Part shown: piece after piece, positions 50,645 through 63,920 of the stretch
Layout of the letters: each line of letters begins with the position of its first letter
Numbering within the stretch: the first letter of the stretch is position 1
Assembly (NCBI RefSeq): GCF_963921235.1
Contig: NC_086101.1
Span: 7,938,001-8,002,000, forward strand
Reading direction: 5' to 3'
Source of the DNA: Mobula hypostoma
Lineage: Eukaryota
Length of the DNA stretch: 64,000 bases
Translations under genes and position numbers: made by a program
Notes under the pieces: model-generated
Databases searched by the model: none
Seen by the model: the letters and a program-made list of their open reading frames with translations, nothing else
Told to the model about the DNA's origin: nothing

Positions 50645-51985
50645 AAACGCAAACAACAGGAATTCTGCAGATGCTGGAAATTCAAGCAACATACATCAAA
50701 GTTGCTGGTGAACGCAGCAGGCCAAGCAGCATCTATAGGAAGAGGTGCAGTCGACGCTTCAGGCCGAGACCCTTCGTCAGGACTAACTGAAGTAAGAGTG
50801 AGTAAGGGATTTGAAAGCTGGAGGGGGAGGGGGAGATGCAAAATGATAGGAGAAGATAGGAGGGGGAGGGATGGAGCCGAGAGCTGGACAGGTGATAGGC
50901 AAAAGGGGATACGAAAGGATCATGGGACAGGAGGTCCGGGAAGAAAGACAGGGGGGGGGGAGTGACCCAGAGGATGGGCAAAAGGTATATTCAGAGGGAC
51001 AGAGGGAGAAAAAGGAGAGTGAGAGAAAGAATGTGTGCATAAAAATGAGTAACAGATGGGGTACGAGGGGGAAGTGGGGCCTTAGCGGAAGTTAGAGAAG
51101 TCGATGTTCATGCCATCAGGTTGGAGGCTACCCAGACGGAATATAAGGTGTTGTTCCTCCAACCTGAGTGTGGCTTCATCTTTACAGTAGAGGAGGCCGT
51201 GGATAGACATGTCAGAATGGGAATGGGATGTGGAATTAAAATGTGTGGCCACTGGGAGATCCTGCTTTCTCTGGCGGACAGAGCGTAGATGTTCAGCAAA
51301 GCGGTCTCCCAGTCTGCGTCGGGTCTCACCAGTATATAAAAGGCCACATCGGGAGCACCGGACGCAGTATATCACCCCAGTCGACTCACAGGTGAAGTGA
51401 TGCCTCACCTGGAAGGACTGTTTGGGGCCCTGAATGGTGGTAAGGGAGGAAGTGTAAGGGCATGTGTAGCACTTGTTCCGCTTACACGGATAAGTGCCAG
51501 GAGGGAGATCAGTGGGGAGGGATGGGGGGGACGAATGGACAAGGGAGTTATGTAGGGAGCGATCCCTGCGGAATGCAGAGAGAGGGGGGGAGGGAAAGAT
51601 GTGCTTAGTGGTGGGATCCCGTTGGAGGTGGCGGAAGTTACGGAGAATAATATGTTGGACCCGGAGGCTTGTGGGGTGGTAGGTGAGGACCAGGGGAACC
51701 CTATTCCTAGTGGGGTGGCGGGAGGATGGAGTGACAGCAGATGTACGTGAAATGGGGGAGATGCGTTTAAGAGCAGAGTTGATAGTGGAGGAAGGGAAGC
51801 CCCTTTCTTTAAAAAAGGAAGACATCTCCCTCGTCCTAGAATGAAAAGCCTACTATAAGCCTACTGACTCTCACAGCTATCTGGACTATTCCTCTTCTCA
51901 CCCTGTCTCTTGCAAAAACGCCATCCCCTTCTCGCAATTCCTCCGTCTCCGCCGCATCTGCTCTCAGGATGAGGCTTTTCATTCT
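50645..51985 (-). mobile_element. Penelope-like element, 5'-truncated, with open GIY-YIG endonuclease ORF and inverted 5' segment
   Basis: ORF 51082-51825 contains C..C..C, GVIYCVRC..C..YTGET.RRL..RF.EH and LEEQHLIFRL..P.GMN; 51851-51985 reads YYKPTDSHSYLDYSSSHP..SQFLRLRRICS on the + strand. Confidence 0.93.
50749..50784 (-). ncRNA. Minimal type I hammerhead ribozyme motif in the Penelope terminal repeat (A15.1G variant)
   Basis: Minus strand AGTC-CTGACGA-AGG(GTCTCGG)CCT-GAAGC-GTC-GACT: stem I, core, stem II and GUC site. Confidence 0.7.
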
Positions 51986-52904
51986 TGCCATTTATCCTGA
52001 GGCACTGAACCTGAATGAACTCCCCTCTTCTCCAAACATCCGAAGTCCGGGTTGGCCGCTGGTCAAAGCTCTATTCTGTCTATTCTGTCATGAACACAAA
52101 CAAAAAATGCGTGCGATTGATACACTCGTAATTTGCTTTACCGTTTCATCGATTCATAGAACATAGAACACAAACAGGCCTTTGAGCTCATCTAGTCCGT
52201 GTGAACTATGAATCTGCCTCGTACCATCGACCTGCACCCGGGCTGTAGCACATCATACGCCCCTAATCGATGCGTCTACACAAACTTCTCTTAAATATTG
52301 AAATCGAACCTACATCCGTGGCAGGTCGTTTCACACTCTTACAATTCTCTTCGCAAAAAAAACTCCCCCTCATGTTCCGTTCAAATATTTCACCTTTCAC
52401 TCATAACTCATGACATTTAGTTCTAGAATAGGCCAGCCACAGTAACCTTACCGAAAAGGATCTTGGCGAATGTAGGGATGACTTACAGCAGATTGAAAAA
52501 GCTTGAGCATATAGATATTAAGAAAGAGGATGTGCCGGAGCAGTTGGTCAGTATTAAGTTGGGTAAGCATCTGGGACTGGATGAGATGTACCGCAGTCTA
52601 CTATGGTAGGCGAGAGAAGAGATTGCTGAGCCTCTGGCAATGATCTTTGCATTACACTGGACAACAAAGATTTTGCTTCCTGAAGACCTTTAGTTGTATT
52701 TTATGAATTTTGGGCTACTGATCATGAAAACTACCAGGAAATTTCCCTACCACGCAGCATTTTTTGAAATCACTTATGTTTATTATTTGAATTCATAATT
52801 CAAGTCTATTAAAATATTGCCTACAATGTGAGCTGGAAAGTTTCCTATCTTGAACAGAAATGCTTGGGCATGCTTAGGCGGCGCGGCTGCTGGATGGCAA
52901 AACA

Positions 52905-54987
52905 GGCACGGAGTGCATCACTGATTACATCAACTTCTGTGTGCACTGCAATGTTCCGACAAGAACTGTCTTTTTTTATTCAAATAACAAGCCATGGGTG
53001 ACAAAGGACATTAAGGACATCCTGAACGCTAAAAAGAGGGTGTTTAGAGATGGAAATAGGGAGGAGCTGAGGGCAATACAGAGGGACCTGAAAGCCAGGA
53101 TCAGGGAGGCTAAAGACAGGTACAGGAGGAAGCTTGAGTGGAAACTCCAGCAGAACAAAATGAGAGACGTCTGGAGGGGGATGAGGACCATCACTGGGTT
53201 CCGGCAAACTAGCAACAGAGGAGCTGAAGGCAGTGTGGACAGGGCCAACGACTTAAGCTGTTCTTTAACAGATTTAACATTGTGGACCCTGCCCAACCCC
53301 CACATGAACCATCTGTTGTCGGCCCCCAACCAACACATATTCCATTCTCCCCTCCTACCGTTCCTCACAGTCCCCCACCCTGCTCTCATGACTATACTCC
53401 TTCCCCACACGAAACCACCACGGTGGGCTTCATGGCTGAACAGGTGAGAAGACAGCTGAAACGTCTCAACTCAAGCAAGGCTGCAGGACCGGATGGTGTC
53501 AGTACCAGGGTGCTCAAAGCCTGTGCCCCTCAGCTATGTGGAGTACTTCGCCATGTATTCAGCCTGAGCCTGAGGCTCCGGAGGGTTCCTGTACCGTGGA
53601 AGACGTCCTGCCTCGTCCCTGTGCCGAAGACGCCGCGCCCCAGCGACCTCAATGACTACAGACCGGTGGCATTGATCTCCCACATCATGAAGACCCTGGA
53701 GAGACTTGTTCTGGAGCTGCTCCGGCCTATGGTCAGGCCATACTTAGATCCCCTCCAGTTCGCCTACCAGCCCCATGGAGTTGAGGATGCCATCGTCTAC
53801 CTGCCGAACCGTGTCTACGCCCACCTGGACAAGCCAGCGAGCACTGTGAGGGTCATGTTTTTTGACTTCTCCAGTGCGTTCAACACCATCCGCCCTGCTC
53901 TGCTGGGAAAGAAGCTGACAGCGATGCAGGTGGATGCTCCCCTGGTGTCATGGATTCTTGATTACCTGACTGGCAGACCACAGTACGTGTGCTTGCAACA
54001 CTGTGTGTCCGACAGAGTGATCAGCAGCACTGGGGTTCCCCAGAAGACTGTCTTGTCTCCCTTTCTCTTCACCATTTACACCTCGGACTTCAACTACTGC
54101 ACAGAGTATTGTCATCTTCAGAAGTTTTCGGATGACTCTGCCATAGTTGGATGCATCAGCAAGGGAGATGAGGCTGAATACAGGGCTACGGTAGGAAACT
54201 TTGTCACATGGTGTGAGCAGAATTATCTGCAGCTTTATGTGAAAAAGACTAAGGAGCTGGAGGTAGACCTGAGGAGAGCTAAGGTACCGGTGACACCTGT
54301 TTTAATCCAGGGGGTCAGTGTTGTCATGGTGGAGGATTACAAATACCTGGGGATACGAATTGACAATAAACTGGACTGGTCAAAGAACACTGAGGCTGTC
54401 TACAAGAAGGGTCAGAGCCGTGTCCTATTTCCTGAGGAGAGTGCGGTCCTTTAACATCTGCCGGACGATGCTGAGGATGTTCTACGAGTCTGTGGTGGCC
54501 AGTGCTATCATGTTTGCTGTTGTGTGCTGGCGCAGCAGGCTGAGGGTAGCAGACACCAACAGAATCAACAAACTCATTCGTAAGGCCAGTGATGTTGTGG
54601 GGATGGAACTGGACTCCCTGACGGTGGCGTCTGAAAAGAGGATGCTGTCCAAGTTGCATGCCATCTTGGACAATGTCTCCCATCCACTACATAATGTACT
54701 CGGTGGGCACAGAAGTACATTCAGCCAGAGACTCAATCCACCGAGATGCAACACAGAGCGTCATAGGAAGTCATTCCTGCCTGTGGCCATCAAACTTTAC
54801 AACTCCTCCCTTGGAGGGTCAGACACCCTGAGCCAATAGGGTGGTCCTGGACTTATTTCCTGGCATAATTTAGATATTACTATTTAACTATTTATGGTTT
54901 TATTACTATTTATTATTTATGGTGCAACTGTAACGAAAACCAATTTCCCCCGGGATCAATAAAGTACGACTATGACTATGACTATGA
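52905..54987 (+). mobile_element. Rex1/Babar-clade LINE, 5'-truncated, near-intact RT
   Basis: KAAGPDGV..LKACA, DYRPVAL, DPLQFAY, MFFDFSSAFNTI, LQKFSDDS and YKYLG; AATAAA then (GACTAT)n tail. Confidence 0.92.
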
Positions 54988-55768
54988 TATTGATAATCTT
55001 CATAATTAATAATAGGTAGCTAATCAAGTCGACATCTTGAACACAAATAGCACATGAGAATGATACGTTCAAAATGTGCTTTACATTTAATCGAATCATA
55101 GAATCATAGAACAATCAGAACAGAAACAGGCCCTTCAATTCATCCTGGTGTGAACCATGGATCTGACTAGTCGCATCGATATGGTCCCGGCCCTTAGCAC
55201 TTTATACGCTTCCCATCCATCCAACTTTCTCTTGAATGTTGAAATCGAGCTCACGTCCCGAACATCCTCTGGTAGGACGTTTCAGAATCAAACCATCAAT
55301 TCTCCCCTCATTCTTCTACGTTTCAAGGAATAAAGTCCTAACCTTTTCAACTTTTCCAGTGCAGCTCCTAACGCTGTGGCAACATAAGAGGATAGGACCG
55401 TAAGACCATAAGAGAGAGGGGCAGAATTAGGCCACTTGGTCCATTGTGTCTGTACCACCATTTCATTATGGCTGATCCAATTTTCCTTTTAGCTCTGATC
55501 TCCTGCCTACCCACAACCCCCCTCCCCGCACCCCGCCTACCTATATTCCTCCTGTCCTGACCAATCAAGAACACCTCTGCCATAAGTATACTCGAAGACC
55601 TGGACTACGTAGCTTCCTGTGGCAAAGAATTCCACAGATTCCCTACTGTATTTCGCTAAAGAAATCACTGCTCATCCCCTTTCTAAAAGGACGGCCCTAT
55701 ATTCTGAGGCTATTCTAGCGAATATCACACCACTGTTCAAAACAAGGTATGTAGGTAAAACGCAGGTA

Positions 55769-56881
55769 CAGTGGCATGCAAAGGTTTGGGCACTCCTGGT
55801 CAAAATTTCTGTTACTGTGAATAGTTAAGTGAGTAGACAATGAACTGATCTCCAAAAGGCATTAAGTTAAATATGAAACATTTTTTTCAACATTTTAAGC
55901 AAGATTAGTGTATTATTTTTGTTTTGTACAATTTTAGAGTAAAAGAAAGGAAAGTAGCACCATGCAAGACTTTGGGCACCCCAGGAGATTTGAGCTCTCA
56001 GATAACTTTTACCAAGGCCTCAGACTATAATTAGCTTGTTAGTGCTATGGCTTCTTCACAGTCGCCGTTAGGAAAGGTCAGGTGATGCAAATTTCAAAGC
56101 TTTATAAATACCTTGATTCCTCAAATCTTGTCCAAACAATCAGCAGCCATGGGCTCCTCTAAGCAGCTGTCTATCACACTGAAAATTAAAATAAATAATG
56201 CCCACAAAGCAGGAGAAGGCTATAAGAAGATAGCAAAGCGTTTTCATGTAGCCGTTTCCTCAGTTGGTAATGTAATTATGAAATGGCAGTTAACAGGAAT
56301 GGTGGAGGTCAAGTTGAGGTCTGCAAGACCAAAAAAACTTTCCGAGAGAACTGTTGGTAGGATTGCTAGAAAGGCAAATCAAAACCCCCGTTTGACTGCA
56401 AAAGACCTTCAGGAATATTCAGCACACTCTGGAGTGGTGGTGAACTGTTCTGCTGTGCAGCGACACCTGCACAAATATGACCTTCATGGAAGAGTCATCA
56501 GAAGAAAACCTTTCCTGCGTCCTCAACACAAACTACAGCGTCAGAAGTTTGCAAAGGAACATCTAAACAAGGCTGATGCATTTTGGAAACAAGTCCTGTG
56601 GACTGATGAAGTTAAAATAGAACTTTTTGGCCGCAATGAGCAAAGGTGCGTTTGGAGAAAACAGGGTGCAGAATTTCATGAAAGAAAACACTTCTCCAAC
56701 TGTTAAGTCCGGGGGTGGATCTATCGTGCTTTGGGCTTGCGTTGCAGCTAATGGCACGGGGAACATTTCAATGGTAGAGGGAAGAATGAATTCAATTAAA
56801 TACCAGTAAGTTCTGGAAGCATTATTCACATTGTCTGTAATAAAACTGAAGATGAAAAGAGGATGGCTTCTACAACAGGAT
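55769..56881 (+). mobile_element. Tc1/mariner transposon, IR/DR type, left TIR and partial transposase
   Basis: TA|CAGTGGCATGCAAAGGTTTGGGCAC with inner direct repeat at about 55961-55985; ATG at 56149; paired HTH, WTDE, GGGSI and QQD, then cut by a CR1. Confidence 0.92.
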
Positions 56882-58770
56882 ACATTATAACTGCTGTTCC
56901 TTTATTGCTGTCATTTCTAATTTCCTGTTTAATGTCATTCCCAACCTCACTACGACTGTTAGGTGGCCTGTACACAACTCCCACCAGCGTTTTCTGCCCC
57001 TTAGTATTATGCAGCTCTACCCATATCGATTCCACATCCTCCGGGCTAATGTCCTTCCTTTCTATTGCGTTAATCTCCTCTCTAACCAGCAATGCTACCC
57101 CACCTCCTTTTCTTTCATGTCTATCCCTCCTGAATATTGAATCTCCCTGGATGTTCAGTTCTCATCCTTGGTCACTCTGGAGCCATGTCTCTGTGATCCC
57201 AACCATATCATATTCATTAATAACAATCTGCACTTTAAATTTATCCACCTTGTTACGAATGCTCCATGCACTGACACACAAAGCCTTCAGTCTTGCTTTT
57301 ACAACACTCTTGACCCTTATACAATTATGTTGAAAAGTGGCCCTTTTTGATTTTTGCCCTGGATTTGCTGGCCTGCCACTTTTACTTTTCACCTTACTAC
57401 TTTTCGCTTCTAACCTCATTTTACACCCCTTTGTCTCTCTGCACTTGTTCCCATCCCCGTGTTGTGAACTAACCTCCTCTCTCCTAGTCTCTTTAATTTG
57501 ATTCCCACACCCCAACCATTCTAGTTTAATGTCACCTCAGTAGCCCTCGCAAATCTCCCCGCCAGGATATTGGTCCCCCTAGGAGTCAAGTGTAACTCGT
57601 CCTTTTCGTACAGGTCACGCCTACGCCAAAAGAGGTCCCAGTGATCCAAAAACCTGAATCCCTGCCGCCCACTGCTCCAATCCCTCAGCCTCGCATTTAT
57701 TGTCCACCTCATTCCATTCCTACTCTCACTGTCGCGTAGCACAGGCAGTAATCCCGAGATTACTACCTTTGCAGTCTTTTTTTCTCAACTCCCTTCCTAA
57801 CGCCCTATATTCTCCTTTCAGGACCTCTTCCCTTTCCCAACCTATGTCATTGGTACCTATATGTACCACGACCTCTGGCTCCTCACCCTCCCACTTCCGG
57901 AAATCTTGGATGCCATCAGAAATATCCCGGACCCTGGCACCAGGGAGACAAACTACCATCCGGGTCTTTGGACTGCGTCCACAGAATCGCCTATCTGACC
58001 CCCTTACTATCGAGTCCCCTATTACTACTGCCCTCCTCTTCCTTTCCCTACCCTTCTGAGCTACAGGGCCAGACCCTGTGCCGGAGGCACTGCCACTGTC
58101 GCTTCCTCCAGGTAAGCTGTTTCCCCCCCCCCTCCCCCCAACAATATTCAAACAGGCGTACCTATTGTAAAGGGGCACAGCCACTGGGTTACTCTCTAGT
58201 ACCTGACTCTTCCTCTTCCCCCTCCTAACCGTGACCCTCTTGTCTGCCTCCCGTGGCCCCGGTGTGACCACCTGCCTGTAACTCCTCTCTATCAACTCCT
58301 CACTCTCCCTGACCAGACAAAGGTCATCGAGCTGCAGCTCCAGTTCCCTAACGCGGTCCCTTAGGAGCTGAATCTCGGCGCACCTGGCGCAGATGTGGAC
58401 GTCGGGGAGGCCTGGAGACTCCAGGACCTCCCACATCCGGCACCGAGAACAACAAACTGCCCTCACACTCATACTGCCCCTCTCCTCAAGTAACAACAAA
58501 AAATGAATACCAAACCTTCCTCGCCTCGCCCGTTTCCGCCGAAGCCCTTAAACCTTCACTCTGCTCCCGGCTCACTCCGCAGCCTGCAAACTGCGCTGCC
58601 CGCTATATAAGGCTCTGTTCCTTTCAAATCTTCCGCGCTTCACTGCCTGACGTCACACGCCTGAGCAGTCCCGCCTCTCTGAACGCCGATGGAAAAAAAC
58701 CGAAACATTCAAAAATGGCTTCCTCCGCACTCCCGCTCCGATTCTCATACTTCCATCTGCACGCCTTCTC
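56882..58770 (-). mobile_element. CR1 5' half with CpG-rich 5' UTR, ORF1 (zinc finger, zipper, esterase) and endonuclease
   Basis: MSVRAVCCSRC..HICARC, VIGDSIV, HIGTND, GITETWL and VYRPP. Confidence 0.88.
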
Positions 58771-59042
58771 TGCGAATAAATTTACGAGGAAACTTTAACC
58801 TTTCTTCCAGACTGTGGATGAAACTGACTTACAGTTTGGCTCAGAACCCGTGAAAGCGTTGGAAACGTGCCATGTCTCAAATCTAGGCTCAAAAGAAATT
58901 CAGCTGGCAGTACCCTCCAATTAAACAAGCCGTTTTTAATCCCCAACTACAGTTACAGATTAGCTTGTAAATAAAGTAAAACAGGCGCAAGAGGGAAATG
59001 TATTTTAATAAATGACGTTAGGGCCGTTTAACCGTTAGTTAC

Positions 59043-59193
59043 CTACACTGCAGCCATCAACGGAAAACCACGTTACAAAAATATATTGGTTTCTGAATTG
59101 TTCTTGCCGCTTGGTTAGCTACACTGCAGCCATCAACGGAAAACCACGTTACAAAAATATATTGGTTTCAGGAATTGTCCTTGCCGCTTGGTT
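59043..59193. repeat. Two-copy tandem duplication of about 75 bp
   Basis: CTACACTGCAGCCATC...GCCGCTTGGTT repeated head to tail with a few differences. Confidence 0.92.
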
Positions 59194-60084
59194 CTGGGAA
59201 TTTAACCGCAACTACCAGCAGATACTTGTGTGTTTCTCACTCCAGCCAAGACACTGGGACATGAATAATTCCGATTCAGTCGCTCACTGAGATGTTACGT
59301 GGGATCAATTCAATATTTTGAGCACCAAGTTAAACACTGAAGGCCCACTCGTCGGTGCTGCCAAATTGCCAACTAAATTAGGTCCCATTTGTCTGAATCT
59401 GCCCCACAGCCATCTCGTTCTCAAATCTATGTACTTTGGGAATGTATTTTAAACGATGTCCATACTTAGACATAGGAGCAGAATTAGGCCATTCGGCCGG
59501 TCAAGTCTGCTTCACAAAATCACCAATGCCCTTACGCCCAACTCTACCACTTCCTCTGACAGATCGTTCCATGTACACACGACTCTGGACATAAAAATGA
59601 CTCTCAAATCTCTTTATATTCTCTCCGCTTCACACTGTGCCCTCAAGTTTCATACAACCTTGGGCAAAAAATTGTCCCTGTTTACTATATATATACATCT
59701 CATGATTTCATAAATCACTGTAAGTGAAGTCCATCCTATCCCATCTCTCCTTCTGAACAAAGCTGTTCAAACTAGGGGAAAATCCTTGTGAAAGTTTTCC
59801 TGCATGTTTTCCAGTTTAACTACATGCATTCTAGATTATGACAATAGAACTGTACATAACGATCTAATCGTGTATTCTGCATATTTGGCATAATCTCCGA
59901 ACTCCTAATTTCACGGCCCTGAGCAATAAAGCCAAATGTGGCAAACATTTTCTATACCATCGGGTTTAGCCATCACTTTTGAAGACCTATTTATCTGCAG
60001 CCCGAGACCTCTCGGCACACTTTACAAGCCCTGCCATTCGCTGCGTAGAGCCAGATCTACTTTAATTTCCCAGATATTAAGGTA

Positions 60085-60300
60085 ACTACAGATCCAAGTT
60101 CAAGCTCGGCGCCTTTTGTAAGAAGCGTTTACGTTCTTTTGTATGCACGTGGTCACCTTCTTGGTACTTTGATTTCCTCCACATTTCAAAGACCAGATAG
60201 TACGTTAGTTGGTCATTGTAAATTGTCCTGTGACTATTACCATATAGACGATTTCTGAATAGTTCGGCTCCTTGGGCCAGAGAAACTTCCGTGTTGTATC
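60085..60300 (+). mobile_element. Degenerate V-SINE-like element
   Basis: TTTCCTCCACATTTCAAAGAC..TTGGTCATTGTAAATTGTCC core followed by an (AAAT)n/(AGAC)n tail. Confidence 0.5.
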
Positions 60301-60784
60301 AGCAAATAAATAAATAAACAGGCACGCATAAAAACAGACAGAGAGATACATACATAGATAGACAGACAGACAAATAAACATACAGATAGAAGAAAAATAA
60401 ATAAATTGATAGATAAATGGATTAATAACTTAATACATAAGCGAGCAAATATGTAGGTAGAAAGATTAATTAATTAATTAATTAAAAGCATGCTTGACAC
60501 TTCAAAGAGCTAAATTCTACCTGCCGGGTATTGGTCCTTGCTCTTTGTGGATCACATCCGTATATTAATCTTAAATAACATTCTTCTCTGTCACTATACA
60601 ACCAGAGTTGTAATTCATAAAATCGCTAGCTATGTAGCCAATGTTATTGTATTGTCTGTTAATATTGTTTTCAAAAACAACAAACACGAGGCTGTAACTA
60701 ATCAGTCGATTACAAAGCATATTTTGTCGGAGAAACCAGATCAGCGTTTCAGTTCTACACGTCAATTCTACACGATGCTCTGGA

Positions 60785-63700
60785 GGAGGAGCAAGTAGCT
60801 GAGGAACTGGTGTAGGGGCAGGGTTTTAGATTTCAGGATCATTGGGACCTCTTCTGGGGCAGGTGGGACCTGTACAAGAGAGACGGGTTACACTTGAACT
60901 ACAGGGGGACCAGTATCCTTTCAGGGAGGTTTGTTAGTGCTATTTGGGAGGCTTTAAACTAGATTTGCAGGGGGTTGGGAACCAAAGTGCCAGAGCTGAC
61001 AGTGTGGCTGGGGTGAAAATAAATGATGTTGAAAGTTTAAGCAAATCCGCTGATAGAAAGGTTGTGAGTGGTGGTAAAAATCTTCTGAGGTGTATATAAT
61101 TCAATGCTAGGAGTATTGCGGGGAAGGCGGATGAGTTGAGGGCGTGGATTGACACGTGGAATTATGATGTTATAGCAATTAGTGAAACTTGGCTACAGGA
61201 GGGGCAGGACTGGCAGCTAATATTTCGGGGTTCCGATGTTTCAGATGTGATCGAGGCAGACGAATGAAAGGTGGGGGAGTAGCATTGCTTGTTAGGGAAA
61301 ATATTACAGCCGTGCTTAGGCAGGACAGATTAGAGGGCTTGTCTACTGAGTCCTTGTGGGTGGAGCTGAGAAACAGGAAAAAAATGGCCACATTAGTGGG
61401 ATTGTATTACAGACCACCCAATAGTCAACGAGACTTGGAAGAGCAAATCTGCAGAGAGATAGCAGGCAACTGCTGGAAACATAAAGTTGTGGTGGTAGGG
61501 GATTTTAATTTTCCATACATTGATTGGGACTCCCATGCTGTTAGGGGTCTAGATGGTTTAGAGTTATTAAAATGTGTTCAGGAAAGTTTTCTAAATCAAT
61601 ATATAGAGGGACCAACTAGAAGGGATGCAATATTGGATCTCCTGTTAGGAAACGAAATAGGGCAAGTGACGGAAGTCTGTGCAGGGGAGCACTTTGGTTC
61701 CAGTGATCATAACACCATTAGTTTCAATTTGATCATGGACAAAGATAGATTTGGTCCTAGGGTTGAGGTTCTGAACTGGAAGAAGGCCAAATTTGAAGAA
61801 ATGAGAAAGGATCTAAAAAGCGTGGATTGGGACAGGTTGTTCTCTGGCAAAGATGTGATTGGTAGGTGGGAAGCCTTCAAAGGAGAAATTTTGAGAGTGC
61901 AGAGTTTGTATGTTCCTGTCAGGATTAAAGGCAAATTGAATAGGAATAAGGAACCTTGGTTCTCAAGGGACATTGCAACTCTGATAAAAAAGAAGAGGGA
62001 GTTGTATGAAATGTATAGGAAACAGGGAGTAAATCAGGTGCTTGAGGAGTATAAGAAGTGCAAGAAAATACTTAAGAAAGAAATCAGGAGGGCTAAAAGA
62101 AGACATGAGGTTGCCTTGGCAGTCAAAGTGAAGGATAATCCAAAGAGCTTTTACAAGTATATTAAGAGCAAAAAAGATTGTAAGGGATAAAATTGGTCCT
62201 CTTGAAGATAGAGTGGTCGGCTATGTGCGGAACCAAAGGAAATGGGGGAGATCTTAAATAGGTTTTTTTGTGTCTGTATTTACTAAGGAAACTGGCATGA
62301 AGTCTACGGAATTGAGGGAATCAAGTAGTGAGACCATGGAAACTGTACAGATTGAAAAGGAGGAGGTGCTTGCTGTCTTGAGGAAAATTAAAGTGGATAA
62401 ATCCCCTGGACCTGACAGAGTGTTCCCTCGGACCTTGAAGGAGACTAGTGTTGAAATTGCGGGGGCCCTGGCAGAAATAGTTAAAATGTCGCTGTCTATG
62501 GGTGAAGTGCCGGAGGATTGGAGAGTGGCTCATGTTGTTCCGTTGTTTAAAAAAGGATGGAAAAATAATCCGGGAAATTATAGGCCGATGAGTTTAACGT
62601 CGGTAGTAGGTAAGTTATTGGAGGGAGTACTAAGAGACAGAATCTACAAGCATTTGGATAGACAGGGACTTATTAGGGAGAGTCAACATGGTTTTGTGCG
62701 TGGAAGGTCATGTTTGACCAATCTATTGGAGTTTTTCGAGGAGGTTACCAAGAAAGTGGATGAAGGGAAGGCAGTGGATATTGTCTACATGGACTTCAGT
62801 AAGGCCGTTGACAAGGTCCCGCATGGGAGGTTAGTTAGGAAAATTCAGTCGCTAGGTATACATGGAGAGGTAGTAAATTGGATTAGACATTGGCGCGATG
62901 GAAGAAGCCAGAGAGTGGTGGTAGAGAATTGCTTCTCTAAGTGGAGGCCTGTGACTAGTGGTGTGCCACAGGGATCAGTGCTGGGTGCATTGTTATTTGT
63001 CATCTATATCAATGATCTGGATGCTGATATGGTAAATTGGATCAGCAAGTTTGCTGATGATACAAAGATTGGAGGTGTAGTAGACAGTGAGGTAGGTTTT
63101 CAGAGCCTGCAGAGGGACTGCAACGTAGAACATATAGGGTTAATGGTAAGGCACTGAGGAGTGCAGTGGAACAGAGGGATCTGGGAATACAGATACAAAA
63201 TTCCCTAAAAGTGTCGTCACAGGTAGATAGGGTTGTAAAGGGAGCTTTTGGTACATTGGCCTTTATTAATCAAAGTATTGAGTATAAGAGCTGGGATGTT
63301 ATGATGAGGTTGTATAAGGCATTGGTGAGGCCGAATCTGGAGTATTGTGTTCAGTTTTGGTCACCAAATTACAGGAAGGATATAAATAAGGTTGAAAGAG
63401 TGCAGAGAAGGTTTACAAGGATGTTGCCGGGACATGAGAAACTCAGTTACAGAGAAAGGTTGAATAGGTTAGGACTTTATTCCCTGGAGCGTAGAAGAAT
63501 GAGGGGAGATTTGATAGATTATGATGGGTGTAGATAGAGTGAATGCAAGCAGGCTTTTTCCACTGAGGCAAGGGGAGAAAAGAACCAGAGGACATGGGTT
63601 AAGGGTGAGGGGGGAAAAGTTTAAAGGGAACATTAGGGGGGGCTTCTTCACACAGAGAGTGGTGGGAGTGTGGAATGAGCTGCCAGACGACGTGGTAAAT

Positions 63701-63864
63701 GCGGGTTCTTTTTTAACATTTAAGAATAAATTGGACAGATACATGGATGGGAGGTGTATGGAGGGACGTGTGCAGGTCAGTGGGACGAGGCAGAAAATGG
63801 TTCGACACAGCCAAAAAGGGCCAAAGGGCCTGTTTCTGTGCTGTAGTTTCTATGGTTTCTATGG
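60785..63864 (+). mobile_element. Long CR1 copy: ORF1 end, nearly complete but frameshifted ORF2, and 3' tail
   Basis: Endonuclease (ORF 61189-62190), RT (62270-63157, KFADD) and C-terminus; tail (TTTCTATGG)x2. Confidence 0.93.
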
Positions 63865-63920
63865 TCAGATATGGGAAGAGTTAGAAATGAAACAGGTTCT
63901 ATGCTGCAAATCGATGGCGT

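Noticed and set aside
50345..50965. 206-aa ORF as a novel fusion protein
   Set aside because: CR1 C-terminus reading by chance into an antisense Penelope UTR.
58770..60000. Remainder or right TIR of the Tc1 element
   Set aside because: No transposase continuation or inverted CAGTGG end was found after the CR1.
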